Positions 8,962 through 18,692 of a stretch of 32,000 nucleotides of DNA are shown here, in pieces. The stretch lies in contig NZ_LT934425.1 in the NCBI RefSeq assembly GCF_900232105.1, positions 4,260,001 to 4,292,000 of the forward strand, written 5' to 3'. The stretch's first letter is position 1; each line of letters begins with the position of its first letter. The position numbers were made by a program, and so were the translations under genes. The DNA comes from Candidatus Kuenenia stuttgartensis (lineage in GTDB: Bacteria; Planctomycetota; Brocadiia; Brocadiales; Brocadiaceae). The notes beneath the pieces are model-generated. The model saw nothing but the letters and a program-made list of their open reading frames with translations, ran no database searches and had not been told where the DNA came from.

Positions 8962-9980
8962 CGGTAAGGCAGGGTCACCTTCTTTACAAGAAGAAAAACA
9001 ACAATAACAATCCCCATTGCTAAAAATGCAAAAACAAACATGACAGAATCACGCAGTGTATAAAGTTTTCCATACCCCTCATTAACGTCTATCTCCGCGA
9101 TTACTCCCCAATCGTAATCCGGCATCCAATGCCAAAAGCCAAGTACCCGTACTCCCCTGTAATCAGGATAACCATGCGCATCATAGCCTTCCCCGCCGTT
9201 AATACATTCAAGCGCTCCTTTTGTCGGCTTTTTTGTGTAAGGATCAACAATTTTTAACTCCAATGATGCCCTTTTTTTGATACGGTCAGCCTGAAGTAAT
9301 TCATCAGTGAACCTTGAGGTAGTTAACATATATCCGTTTTTATTTATCAGGTATGCTTCTCCCGTTTTCCCGAAATGAACACTTTTCATCACCCTGTCAA
9401 TTTCGGCAACATCCACACACACAGCCAGCACCCCTAAAATTGCATCCGGGGCGTTTTTTACCGGCAAGGACATGATCATTGCCGGTGTATCTGCCTCCTG
9501 GAATCCGGCAACATTGCCGGTGAGTTCCAGGGAGGATTGTATATTCGATACAAAAAATGCCCCGGCAATTGCCCTGCGATAGTAATCCTGTTCCAATATA
9601 TTTTCACCGTACAGTGCCTTGTTGGATGCAAATAAAATTTTTCCGTTACGGTCAGCGTAAAAAATCTCTTTATAGCCAAAATCGCTGCAAATGGATTTAA
9701 AATATTCGTTAACTTCTATGGTAAGCGCATTCCCTGTTTTTTGCATTGCTTGAATCAAGAACGGATTATTTGCGATGTACCTGGCATTTGATAAGCGGCC
9801 TTCCATCCATGCTGCAATTAATTCAGCCTGTTTATTTACCGCAAGCCTCAAATTACGAATAATTTCATCCCTTAATGCATTGAAAGCAATGGGATAAACA
9901 ACAAGACGCATGATAAATAACGGCAGGAACGAAAAGATGAGCAAAAATATAATGAGTTTGTTTTTTGTAAAGTTAAACAA
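8958..9980 (-). CDS. Membrane-anchored dCache-type sensor protein lacking an output domain, 340 aa
   Basis: N-terminal TM helix, periplasmic Cache-like segment (AGFQEADTPAMIMSLPVKN, GKTGEAYLINKNGYMLTTSR, WGVIAEIDVNEGY), a second TM helix, then stop. Confidence 0.8.
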   Translation of the reverse strand: MFNFTKNKLIIFLLIFSFLPLFIMRLVVYPIAFNALRDEIIRNLRLAVNKQAELIAAWMEGRLSNARYIANNPFLIQAMQKTGNALTIEVNEYFKSICSDFGYKEIFYADRNGKILFASNKALYGENILEQDYYRRAIAGAFFVSNIQSSLELTGNVAGFQEADTPAMIMSLPVKNAPDAILGVLAVCVDVAEIDRVMKSVHFGKTGEAYLINKNGYMLTTSRFTDELLQADRIKKRASLELKIVDPYTKKPTKGALECINGGEGYDAHGYPDYRGVRVLGFWHWMPDYDWGVIAEIDVNEGYGKLYTLRDSVMFVFAFLAMGIVIVVFLLVKKVTLPYR

Positions 9981-10099
9981 TGCGCGGCACTCCAGGAAAT
10001 AGCAAACAGCGTTTTGAATTTTTATCTATTGTTTGCCTGTTAAAATCATCAATTGAGTCCCCCTGATAAAGTGTTACAAAGTTTTTCATTATGTCGTTA

Positions 10100-10172
10100 A
10101 CTCACCCCTACCCCCTCTTCAAAAGGGGAATTTGAGAAATCCCTTCTCGGGAGGGGACTAAGGGAGTGGGTA
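10100..10172. repeat. Imperfect palindromic intergenic repeat
   Basis: ACTCACCCCTACCCCCTC...GAGGGGACTAAGGGAGTGGGT forms imperfect arms around AAAAGGGGAATTTGAGAAATCCCTT. Confidence 0.5.
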
Positions 10173-10188
10173 AAACGGGCTTATACTA

Positions 10189-10836
10189 TTATTTTTTCGG
10201 AACTTTTTCCCAATCGGCAAGAAACTTTTTTATACCGGCATCCGTTAACGGATGCTGCACCAGCAAATTAAAAACGTTAAAAGGGATGGTAGATATGTCT
10301 GCTCCCATTAATGCCGCATCACGAACATGATTCGGGTTCCGGATACTTGCCACAATTATTTCAGTCGCAAACCCATAATTATCATAAATTGCCCGTATAT
10401 CCTCTATGACGTCCATTCCTGTATGCCCTATGTCGTCCAGTCTCCCCACAAAAGGGCTAATGTAGGTTGCCCCAGCCTTTGCCGCTAACAGCGCCTGATT
10501 GGCAGAGAAACAAAGTGTAACATTCGTATTTATTCCTTCTTCAGATAATATTTTCACTGCCTTAAGTCCGTCTTTTATCAGGGGTATTTTTACTACGATA
10601 TTCTCGGCAATTTTCGATAACTCACGAGCTTCATCAACGAGGCCTTGTGTATCGAGGCTTACCGCTTCAGCGCTCACTGGCCCCTTTACTATGGAGCAAA
10701 TTTCTTCAAGCGTTTCGCGGAATGGTCTGCCTGTTTTTGCAACGAGGGACGGATTCGTCGTTACACCGTCAAGAATTCCAAGGTCATGCGCTTCTCTTAT
10801 CTCTTTTACATCTGCGGTATCAATAAAAAATTTCAT
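10189..10836 (-). CDS. tal: Small transaldolase / fructose-6-phosphate aldolase-like protein, 215 aa
   Basis: [36 protein letters not shown], and VSPFVGR-like [11 protein letters not shown]. Confidence 0.93.
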   Translation of the reverse strand: MKFFIDTADVKEIREAHDLGILDGVTTNPSLVAKTGRPFRETLEEICSIVKGPVSAEAVSLDTQGLVDEARELSKIAENIVVKIPLIKDGLKAVKILSEEGINTNVTLCFSANQALLAAKAGATYISPFVGRLDDIGHTGMDVIEDIRAIYDNYGFATEIIVASIRNPNHVRDAALMGADISTIPFNVFNLLVQHPLTDAGIKKFLADWEKVPKK

Positions 10837-10897
10837 AACAATTCCTTTCTAATGCAAATAGAATTAATGTGTCAAAAAAATCCGCGGCCATAAAATA

Positions 10898-11908
10898 TCA
10901 TGCACACAATTTATGTACCAGGAGTTCAAGCAATAGTTGTTTATTGAATGCGCTTGTCTTGCTTTGTATGTCAGATTCAAGCAGGGAGGCATGTTTTTTC
11001 ATAAGGTCATTTTCGGTAAAATCCCTTACCTGGTCAAAAAACTTTTTTTTAAAAAAAGGCGCTATTTGAAGCTCAGAAGAAATGCTATTTTCATCTTTTC
11101 CCTGCGCCAATAATTGCCTGGCTCTCCAAATCCTCCTGATTTGCCATGCCAGCAATGTGATAATTTTCACTGAATTCTCACCGTGTGTCAACATCTGATT
11201 GAGAATCTTAAGCGCCTGTGGAAAATTTTTCCGGGCAACTGCGTCGGTAAGCTCAAATATCGTTCTATTCCTGTCGGCGGTCACTAATGCATCGACGTCC
11301 GATTCGTCTATTGTAGCTTTATTATCTTTATAAATAGAAAGTTTCTCAAGATGCATGTCTAATATAGCCAGATTGTTTCCGACGTCCCCGGCTAACCGCT
11401 GTGCGGCTTTAGGGTTCATCGTCTTTTTGTAATGTTTTGCGCGGGACATAAGCCAGGTGGGCAATTGATATTCCTTTATCCTTTGACAATCTGCGACAAT
11501 GCCGGTTTTCTCCGCTAATTTTGACAACCTTATTCTTTTATCCCATCCGGCACATATTAAAATCAAATGCGCATGCGTTGATGGCTTTTGCAAATAACTC
11601 TCTAATGAATCTTTGTTTTTTTCCACAAAATTGTCTGCGTTAATTACAATAACCAGCTTTTTATTTTTCTGGAAAAAGGAACGTCCTCTTAATTCATTAA
11701 AAATGACCGGTGCCGGCGTATCATTTCCGCCGACCTCAATCACCACCGGGTCGGTATCGTTATCGGCAATTAAAGCGGCTTTTATTGTCGTTACCGCTTC
11801 TTTAATAAAGAATTCTTCATTCCCGAAAACAACAAAGACCGGGCAATCTTTCTTCTTCGCTATTGATGTTTTGAGTTCCTGATATCCATTACTTGATCTT
11901 TTGTGCAA
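10898..11908 (-). CDS. holA: DNA polymerase III delta subunit
   Basis: VFVVFGNEEFFIKEA, the LEKLSIYK region, KIITLLAWQIRRIWRA, and position and size of a HolA-type clamp-loader subunit. Confidence 0.85.
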   Translation of the reverse strand: MHKRSSNGYQELKTSIAKKKDCPVFVVFGNEEFFIKEAVTTIKAALIADNDTDPVVIEVGGNDTPAPVIFNELRGRSFFQKNKKLVIVINADNFVEKNKDSLESYLQKPSTHAHLILICAGWDKRIRLSKLAEKTGIVADCQRIKEYQLPTWLMSRAKHYKKTMNPKAAQRLAGDVGNNLAILDMHLEKLSIYKDNKATIDESDVDALVTADRNRTIFELTDAVARKNFPQALKILNQMLTHGENSVKIITLLAWQIRRIWRARQLLAQGKDENSISSELQIAPFFKKKFFDQVRDFTENDLMKKHASLLESDIQSKTSAFNKQLLLELLVHKLCA

Positions 11909-12410
11909 TTCCTGAAATTACGAAATATACCTCTGTTGCGTGCTGCGCCAGTATTTGGTTTGCAGAACCGGCTATATCGCAAAAATGCCGCGCCAGTGCA
12001 TTTTCCGGCATTATGCCAAGTCCGACTTCGTTTGAGACGATTATAATGTCTGAAGTTATTTCTTCACAAACGCGGCACAGTGTATGTATTTTATCAATTA
12101 TCTGTGACGAATCCTGATTTGCCGGCATTACAAGAAGATTGGTAATATATAAGGTAATGCAGTCTATAAAAACCAGGTCTGCCTTTTTACTCTGGTCGAA
12201 AACGACTTTTTCCAAATTATACGGCGATTCAATTGTTTGCCAGCACAACGGCCTCCGTTCCCGATGTATCCGTATGCGTTCACGCATCTCATCATCCTTG
12301 ATTTCGGCGGTAGCCACATACACAACTGTTTTGTAACGTTTCGCCATGGTTTCCGCAAATGAAGATTTTCCGCTGCGGGCACCGCCAAGCACAAGGATAG
12401 TCTTAGCCAT
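11889..12410 (-). CDS. cobU: Adenosylcobinamide kinase / guanylyltransferase
   Basis: LVLGGARSGKSSFAE, VVYVATAEIKDDEM, RIHRERRP, VSNEVGLGIMPENALAR, NQILAQHATEVYFVISG. Confidence 0.95.
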   Translation of the reverse strand: MAKTILVLGGARSGKSSFAETMAKRYKTVVYVATAEIKDDEMRERIRIHRERRPLCWQTIESPYNLEKVVFDQSKKADLVFIDCITLYITNLLVMPANQDSSQIIDKIHTLCRVCEEITSDIIIVSNEVGLGIMPENALARHFCDIAGSANQILAQHATEVYFVISGIAQKIK

Positions 12411-12543
12411 AGAACTCTGTAAAAACCTCTTTTTTTAATTTCTTATTCTTAAACAACTTTTCATTCCCTAAAAATACAGAGAGAAAATGCTTCACTATGG
12501 AATTTTATAAAAATCCATATTTTACAAGAAATGGGGTTAACCG

Positions 12544-13364
12544 TTAAAAAACAACGAACAGTGCTAAGAGGAAAATAATTTCTGCCGCCTCATTGATTGC
12601 GCCCAATGTGTCACCTGTCATACCGCCAATCTTTCTTTTGATATACCAGATTATAAATAATGTAAAAACAACAATTATTGCGCATTCCGCCAGACCCTTT
12701 AAACGGCATAAATACAGTATAAGAACAAAGGGAACAACGGATGCAACAGCCACATGTTTTTGCGTGGTTCCGTTCACGATGAAACTTCCTGTTCCCGGCA
12801 CATCTCTTGCATAATTTGATACTCCGGCGGCAAACACCTGCGCCCATCGCCCTACTGCAGGCATTAAACACAGCACAATAATTTTTGTCACTACTGCGGA
12901 AGAAGCGTCTCTACTGTATGGCTCGCCAAATGATGGTAATATCCCGGCTGAAATGTCTTTTGTATTCAAGAAAACATGGCATTCTCCTGTATGCAGAAGG
13001 CAGGCATATCTCAGTCCGAGAATACAAATCAAACCAATAACGCCATAACTCCCAATATGGCTGTCTTTCATTATTTCCAGCCGTTTTTCCTTGTTCCATC
13101 CGCCATAAATACCATCACATGTATCAGCAAATCCGTCGAGATGCAACGCTCCGGTTACAATATACGTTATTAATATGAAGGCATTTGTTATACACGGAGG
13201 AAAAACATTTTGCAAAAGCAGAGAAACAACTGATAAAATAGCGCCAATGACAATTCCTACAATGGGGAACCAGCACACGGCATAACTGCTCTTGGGCAAT
13301 TCCCGGATCCGCTATTAATTGGAATGATGGTGAGAAACTTTAGCGCCCATAAAAAATTATTCAT
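12544..13364 (-). CDS. cobS: Adenosylcobinamide-GDP ribazoletransferase, with a frameshift near 13303-13306
   Basis: TGALHLDGFADTCDG, EIMKDSHIGSYG, GGMTGDTLGAINE. The N-terminus MNNFLWALKFLTIIPINSGSG reads in a different frame from an ATG at 13364, joining ELPKSSYAVCWFPIVG after a 1-nt shift. Confidence 0.88.
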
Positions 13365-13552
13365 GAATTGCCATTACAATGTGGGGATGGCCACAATTTT
13401 ACGTATTACACTAAATAGTTTGTCATGACCAAACATTACCAAAATTAATTGTCCGTGCGCAAGAGTAAAGTGTTCTTATTCATCAGCCTTTCAAACGGTC
13501 AACTATTTTCCGGTTTTTCATTAAACGGTATTTAACCAGGAGTAACACCATA

Positions 13553-15906
13553 ATGGTCCAGAATAATACACTAAAAAAACTTATCGATACTATATCTGCC
13601 ACTGATATCAAATCGATTCAGAAATCCTTTGCCAATCATCTCACATGTTCTTTGTCCAAAGACACCTATTCGGCGACAAAACTGGACATTTATAAAGCAT
13701 TGCCTATACCGTTCGTGACCGTCTCGTGGAACGCTGGATTGCCACACAACGATCCTATTTTGACAATGACGTAAAGCGTGTGTATTACCTTTCTCTTGAA
13801 TTTCTTATGGGCAGGGCGCTTGGAAACAATCTGATCAATCTTGACTTTCTCGATGAATGCCACAAGGCGCTGCATGAATTAGGGTATGAGTTAGAAGAAA
13901 TTTGTGAAAAAGAATGGGATGCAGGACTTGGCAACGGTGGGCTTGGGAGGCTTGCGGCTTGTTTCCTTGATTCTATGGCTACTCTTGAACTGCCGACGTA
14001 TGGCTATGGCATGCGCTATGAGTATGGGATTTTCTTCCAGAGTATCCTCAATGGTTATCAGGTTGAACTGCCTGACAACTGGCTGCGCTACGGCAACCCA
14101 TGGGAATTCGAACGACCAGAGCACTTATATCCGGTAATGTTTTATGGGCATGTGAGGGAAAAAAAAAAAAGAAGAGAGAGGATTTTAATGAGGGAAATTA
14201 TTTTAAGGCTGTGGAGGAAAAACAAAGAAGCGAGACAATTTCAAAAATCCTTTACCCTGTCGACAAAATCCATACGGGGAAGAAGCTACGGCTGAAACAA
14301 CAATACTTTTTTGTGTCGGCAACCCTTCAGGATATTATTGCCGATACAAAAAAACACATACCTCCTTCGATCTTTTTCCCGATAAAGTAGCTATCCAACT
14401 GAACGATACCACCCTGCCATTGCAATCCCGGAACTAATGCGTATCCTTATTGACATAGAAGGTATTTCGTGGAAAAAGCATGGGATATAACCGTCAGTAC
14501 TTTTGCATACACAAACCATACCATCCTTCCAGAAGCATTGGAAAAGTGGAGTGTCCCCCTGATAGGCGAATTATTGCCGAGACATCTTCAGATTATCTAT
14601 GAGATAAACTCCCGGTTTCTTGAAAGTGTAAAAACCAAATATCCTGACGATGCGATCGGTTACGCCGTATGTCATTAATTGAAGAGGGCAATGAAAAACA
14701 GGTAAGAATGTCCCATTTGGCAATTGTAGGAAGCCATTCAACAAATGGCGTAGCCGCTTTACATACACAAATTTTAAAAACAACCGTTTTCAGGGATTTT
14801 TTCGAACTTTACCCTGATCGTTTTAACAACAAGACAAATGGCATTACCCAGCGACGATGGCTGAAAAAATGTAATCCTGCGCTTTCTCAACTGATATCGG
14901 ATACTATAGGAGAAGGCTGGCTCAAAAATCTTGCGGATTTAAAAAAATTGATGCCGTTTACCGGAAATAAAGCATTTTGTGAAACATGGCAGCATATTAA
15001 AAAAGAGAACAAAATACGGCTTGCTGAATACATAAAGCAGACTACCAGTATGTGGGTGAATACAGATTCATTGTTCTGCTGCCATATAAACGCATCCATG
15101 AGTACAAGAGACAATTGATGAATATTATGCATGTTATTTTTCTCTATAATTCACTGAAAAACAATTCCATTGAAAACTTTGTGCCGCGTACCATACTATT
15201 CGGAGGAAAGTCGGCTCCCGGTTATTTTATCGCAAAGCTCATTATTAAACTGATAAACTCTGTCGCTGAAGTCGTTAACAACGACCCCGATATTGGCGAT
15301 AAGCTTAAAGTCGTCTTTTTGCCGAATTATCAGGTCTCTCTGGCAGAACGCATCATTCCCGCAGCAGACCTTTCCGAACAAATTTCCACCTCTGGTATGG
15401 AAGCTTCAGGTACTGGAAATATGAAATTTGCCCTTAACGGCTCCTTAACGATCGGAACGCTTGACGGTGCTAATATTGAAATTATGAACGAGGTAGGATC
15501 TGATAATATCTTTATTTTCGGACTTACCGAGAAAGAGGTCGATCATATCAAACGTGTGGGTTACAATCCGTATGAATATTATCGTAACAATACCGCTCTT
15601 AAAACGGCAATTGACATGATTGCGAATGGATATTTTTCATCTTCCGATATTTCACTCTTTATGCCAATTACCAATTCACTTCTAAAAAGCGATCAGTATA
15701 TGGTGCTTGCAGATTTTGCCAGTTATGTCAACTGTCAGGGGTTGGTAAGCAAGTTATATCGTGACCAGGATGAATGGACAAAGAAATCAATCATTAATGT
15801 CGCCCGTATTGGAAAATTTTCCAGTGATAGAACCATTCATGAGTATGCCGAGGATATTTGGAATGTAAAATCTGTTCCTATTCGGTTAAATGGCAAGCAA
15901 ACGTAG
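13553..15906 (+). pseudogene. glgP: Glycogen/starch phosphorylase, multiply frameshifted with an internal deletion
   Basis: Fragments in several frames: [151 protein letters not shown]. Confidence 0.95.
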
Positions 15907-15984
15907 CTGATGGCTGATTAGGTAAAAAGCGGGGAAGTCTTTAAATTTTTTATCAGGATAATTCCACCCTTACAATGAATCTTA

Positions 15985-16578
15985 TTATTCACCTTTCGGA
16001 AATTCTATTTGTTTGACTATATACTGTAATTCCAACAGTTTTTTCAATATTTTACCGGTTGATTCTTCAGCGGTTTCTTTGTCTGTTTCCACGACAAGAT
16101 CGGGATTTAATGGTTCTTCATAGGGATCAGATTCTCCCATGAAATGCAGTATATTGCCATTTAAGGCTCTTTGATAGATACCTTCCACGTCTCTTGCTAC
16201 ACATAATTCAAGGGGACATTTGACATAAACTTCAATGAAATTGCCTGTTTCCCTGCGAGCCTTTTCCCTTGATGTCCGATGGGGGGATGCTAATGAAGAG
16301 ATCACCGCGATTCCATTCCGTGACAATAATTTGCAGATAAAAATAGCGCAGTGGATATTGATTTTCCGGTCGTGCCTGGCATGTTTAAGGTTAGAGCACA
16401 GGTTTGCTCTGATTAATTCACTTGTAAGTACTTCAACATTTATTTGATAATTTTCACTTAACCTATTTTTCAGCAAATGAGCTATTGTTGCCTTGCCAGC
16501 CCCAGGCAAACCGGTAAGCCATACGGTAAAGCCTTTATTCACCCGAATACTCCTCTGAATAATCCGATGCTGTGGCAT
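15985..16578 (-). CDS. Adenylylsulfate kinase-like protein with divergent catalytic motifs, 197 aa
   Basis: GFTVWLTGLPGAGKATIAHLL P-loop, ISSLASPHRTSREKAR, FIEVYVKCPLELCVARDVEGIYQRAL. Residues differ from canonical CysC at GKS and DGD. Confidence 0.85.
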   Translation of the reverse strand: MPQHRIIQRSIRVNKGFTVWLTGLPGAGKATIAHLLKNRLSENYQINVEVLTSELIRANLCSNLKHARHDRKINIHCAIFICKLLSRNGIAVISSLASPHRTSREKARRETGNFIEVYVKCPLELCVARDVEGIYQRALNGNILHFMGESDPYEEPLNPDLVVETDKETAEESTGKILKKLLELQYIVKQIEFPKGE

Positions 16579-16581
16579 TGA

Positions 16582-17970
16582 TTATGCGATAACCCGTCCT
16601 TCCATATTTTCAGGTATTTTAACGTCCAAATATTGTAAAATCGTCGGAGAAACATCATAGAGGGTAGTGCCATTTTTTCTGATGCCACCCAAATGCCCAT
16701 TTTTTTTCAAAATAAAAATACCCTGTTGAGAGTGGTTCGCATCATCCGGGCCGGTATCATTCTCATCTGCCCAAATGGAACCGCTACCAACACTGCCAAT
16801 TGACCGCCAATCAAGGTTGCCATAATAGACAATTAAATCAGGCGGAACACCTGCACATTCAGAGTAAATCTCCTCAGGTTTAAATACTCTTGTATTTATA
16901 TTGTTTCCGTTTTCGTCCCGCAAATCTTCAAGTTTTCGTATTAATTCATTTCTGAAATTTTCATAATTATGTTTGGGGATTACACCATGTGGTTCGCGGC
17001 CTTGTACGTTCAGAAATACCCTGCCGTAATAGCCCCCCTCTCCCCACACCGAGGTATTCTTCCAGTCAACCATAAGTTTATTGAAGGGAGTTGTTGTTTT
17101 CGGATACTCAACCAGTTTCATATAACCGTTTTGTATAAGCCATTCATTAATACAAATACCGCCAACCATCTTTTTTGAGCCATGGTCGGATACTATAAGC
17201 ACCATTGTATTTTCATCTAAAAGCGCAAGTGTTTCCCCGATTTCCTTATCCAGGTATTTATAATAATTTAAAATAGCATCTTTATACTCAGAACCCGACG
17301 GATGTTTCGGATGTGTTTCATCAAAATATTTCCAAAATGCGTGATGTATCCTATCAGGCCCCATTTCAACCATCATAAAAAAATCCCATTCCCTGGAATG
17401 GATATATTTTTTTGTCAGCTTAAATCTCTTTTCGGTCATATCATATATTTTTTTCAATATATACTCTTTCTTTTCACTCCTGAATTCATCAACATCAAGT
17501 ATATATCCGTTTGTTATACCCTCCACCTCAGCCTTTAATCCGGCAGGGTATGTGTACTGACTCTTTGTGTCCGGAGTCATAAAACAAGTAACCATACAGC
17601 CGTTTACGGGTTTTGGAGGATAGGTCATGGGAATGCCTATCAAAACAACTTTCTTCCCTATCCGGGATAAAATATCCCAGACAGTATCAATTTTAATTGT
17701 TTTTGAACTTGCGAAACATAATCCGTCATAATTGTAGTTTGAACGATTTCGGAAACCGTACAAACCAAGCCTTCCGGGGTTGGCGCTTGTCATCATTGAC
17801 GGCCACGCCGGACATGTAATAGCGGGAATGGTGCTTTCCAATCCCCCATAGAGCCCCTCAGAGACCAATCTTTTAATATTGGGCAATTGATTCAGCCACC
17901 GGTCAAAAAGCAATTCCGGTGGTATTGAGTCCAAACCTAAAACAAACACCTTTTTTTTATTAATAACCAT
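16582..17970 (-). CDS. Alkaline phosphatase superfamily protein (type I phosphodiesterase / nucleotide pyrophosphatase-like)
   Basis: VFVLGLDSIPPELL, IPAITCPAWPSMMTSANPGRLGLYGF, GPDRIHHAFW, VLIVSDHG, GHLGGIRKNGTTLYDVSPTILQYL. Confidence 0.9.
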   Translation of the reverse strand: MVINKKKVFVLGLDSIPPELLFDRWLNQLPNIKRLVSEGLYGGLESTIPAITCPAWPSMMTSANPGRLGLYGFRNRSNYNYDGLCFASSKTIKIDTVWDILSRIGKKVVLIGIPMTYPPKPVNGCMVTCFMTPDTKSQYTYPAGLKAEVEGITNGYILDVDEFRSEKKEYILKKIYDMTEKRFKLTKKYIHSREWDFFMMVEMGPDRIHHAFWKYFDETHPKHPSGSEYKDAILNYYKYLDKEIGETLALLDENTMVLIVSDHGSKKMVGGICINEWLIQNGYMKLVEYPKTTTPFNKLMVDWKNTSVWGEGGYYGRVFLNVQGREPHGVIPKHNYENFRNELIRKLEDLRDENGNNINTRVFKPEEIYSECAGVPPDLIVYYGNLDWRSIGSVGSGSIWADENDTGPDDANHSQQGIFILKKNGHLGGIRKNGTTLYDVSPTILQYLDVKIPENMEGRVIA

Positions 17971-18457
17971 GGCATTATTGCATTGTTAATCTTCTAACCG
18001 TTTAAAAAATTAATCACTTCTTAACAAAAAATATATTGGTCATTAGTCAGTTGCAGACTGCTGACTGTAGAAGGGACAATAAACACTTGTTCACAAGATC
18101 CAGCTTGGGAGCGAAAGTATTAATGTTCAAAACCCGGGTGGTTTTCATTGGGATTTTGTATTTTGGAATTTGTTCCGTGCTTCGTGCTTCGTAAGATTTT
18201 TTATCTCGTGCTTGTTTTGTTCTGGCTATGCAGGCTTAGCGCCCTCAAGGCATTATAGCAAGTAAACATAAGCTTCCTGATACGCCTTTGTGTGTATAAA
18301 AAGCCCGCGATATGAATGATATTTTTGAGTTTTTTGCCATTTTTTATAAGTGACTAAAAGTGTGTCTTTTATGACTGTAATAATTTACCACAAAACAAGT
18401 TGCATCGCAAATTAATTTCCTGTTGATTCCTGTAGATTCCTGTCCATTCCGATGGAG

Positions 18458-18490
18458 TTGACTACGTTTTGACTACGTTTTGACTACAGT
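18458..18490. repeat. 11-bp tandem repeat, 3 copies (third copy imperfect)
   Basis: TTGACTACGTT TTGACTACGTT TTGACTACAGT, preceded by about 10-bp ATTCCTGTNG-type repeats at 18415-18450. Confidence 0.8.
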
Positions 18491-18502
18491 GGGGAAAACG
18501 AA

Positions 18503-18534
18503 AAGGGATAACATCCTAAACGGTGTTATCCCTT
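18503..18534. terminator. Hairpin with an 11-bp perfect stem, terminator-like
   Basis: AAGGGATAACA-TCCTAAACGG-TGTTATCCCTT followed by a moderately T-rich stretch. Confidence 0.45.
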
Positions 18535-18692
18535 GTTATTTCTTGGGAACTATACAAAAACTATACAGTAATTTAACACAAAATATTGAATCTTTGAGAT
18601 ATAAAACATGAAAACTCAAAGATGTATTGCCGAAAAATAAAGGGCTAAAGTCGTATTGCATTGATATTAAAAGAGATACTATTTCTGCCTGT

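Noticed and set aside
12411-12543. Possible cobalamin riboswitch near cobU/cobS
   Set aside because: No B12-box-like sequence (GCCACTG) was seen in the cobU/cobS intergenic DNA or upstream of the reconstructed cobS start.
13553-15906. Explanation of all frameshifts as uniform sequencing error
   Set aside because: Several long genes in the same window are completely open, and glgP and pgl also have an internal deletion or a lost C-terminus. Pure homopolymer error is therefore unlikely there, though it remains possible for the single lesions in the helicase and cobS.
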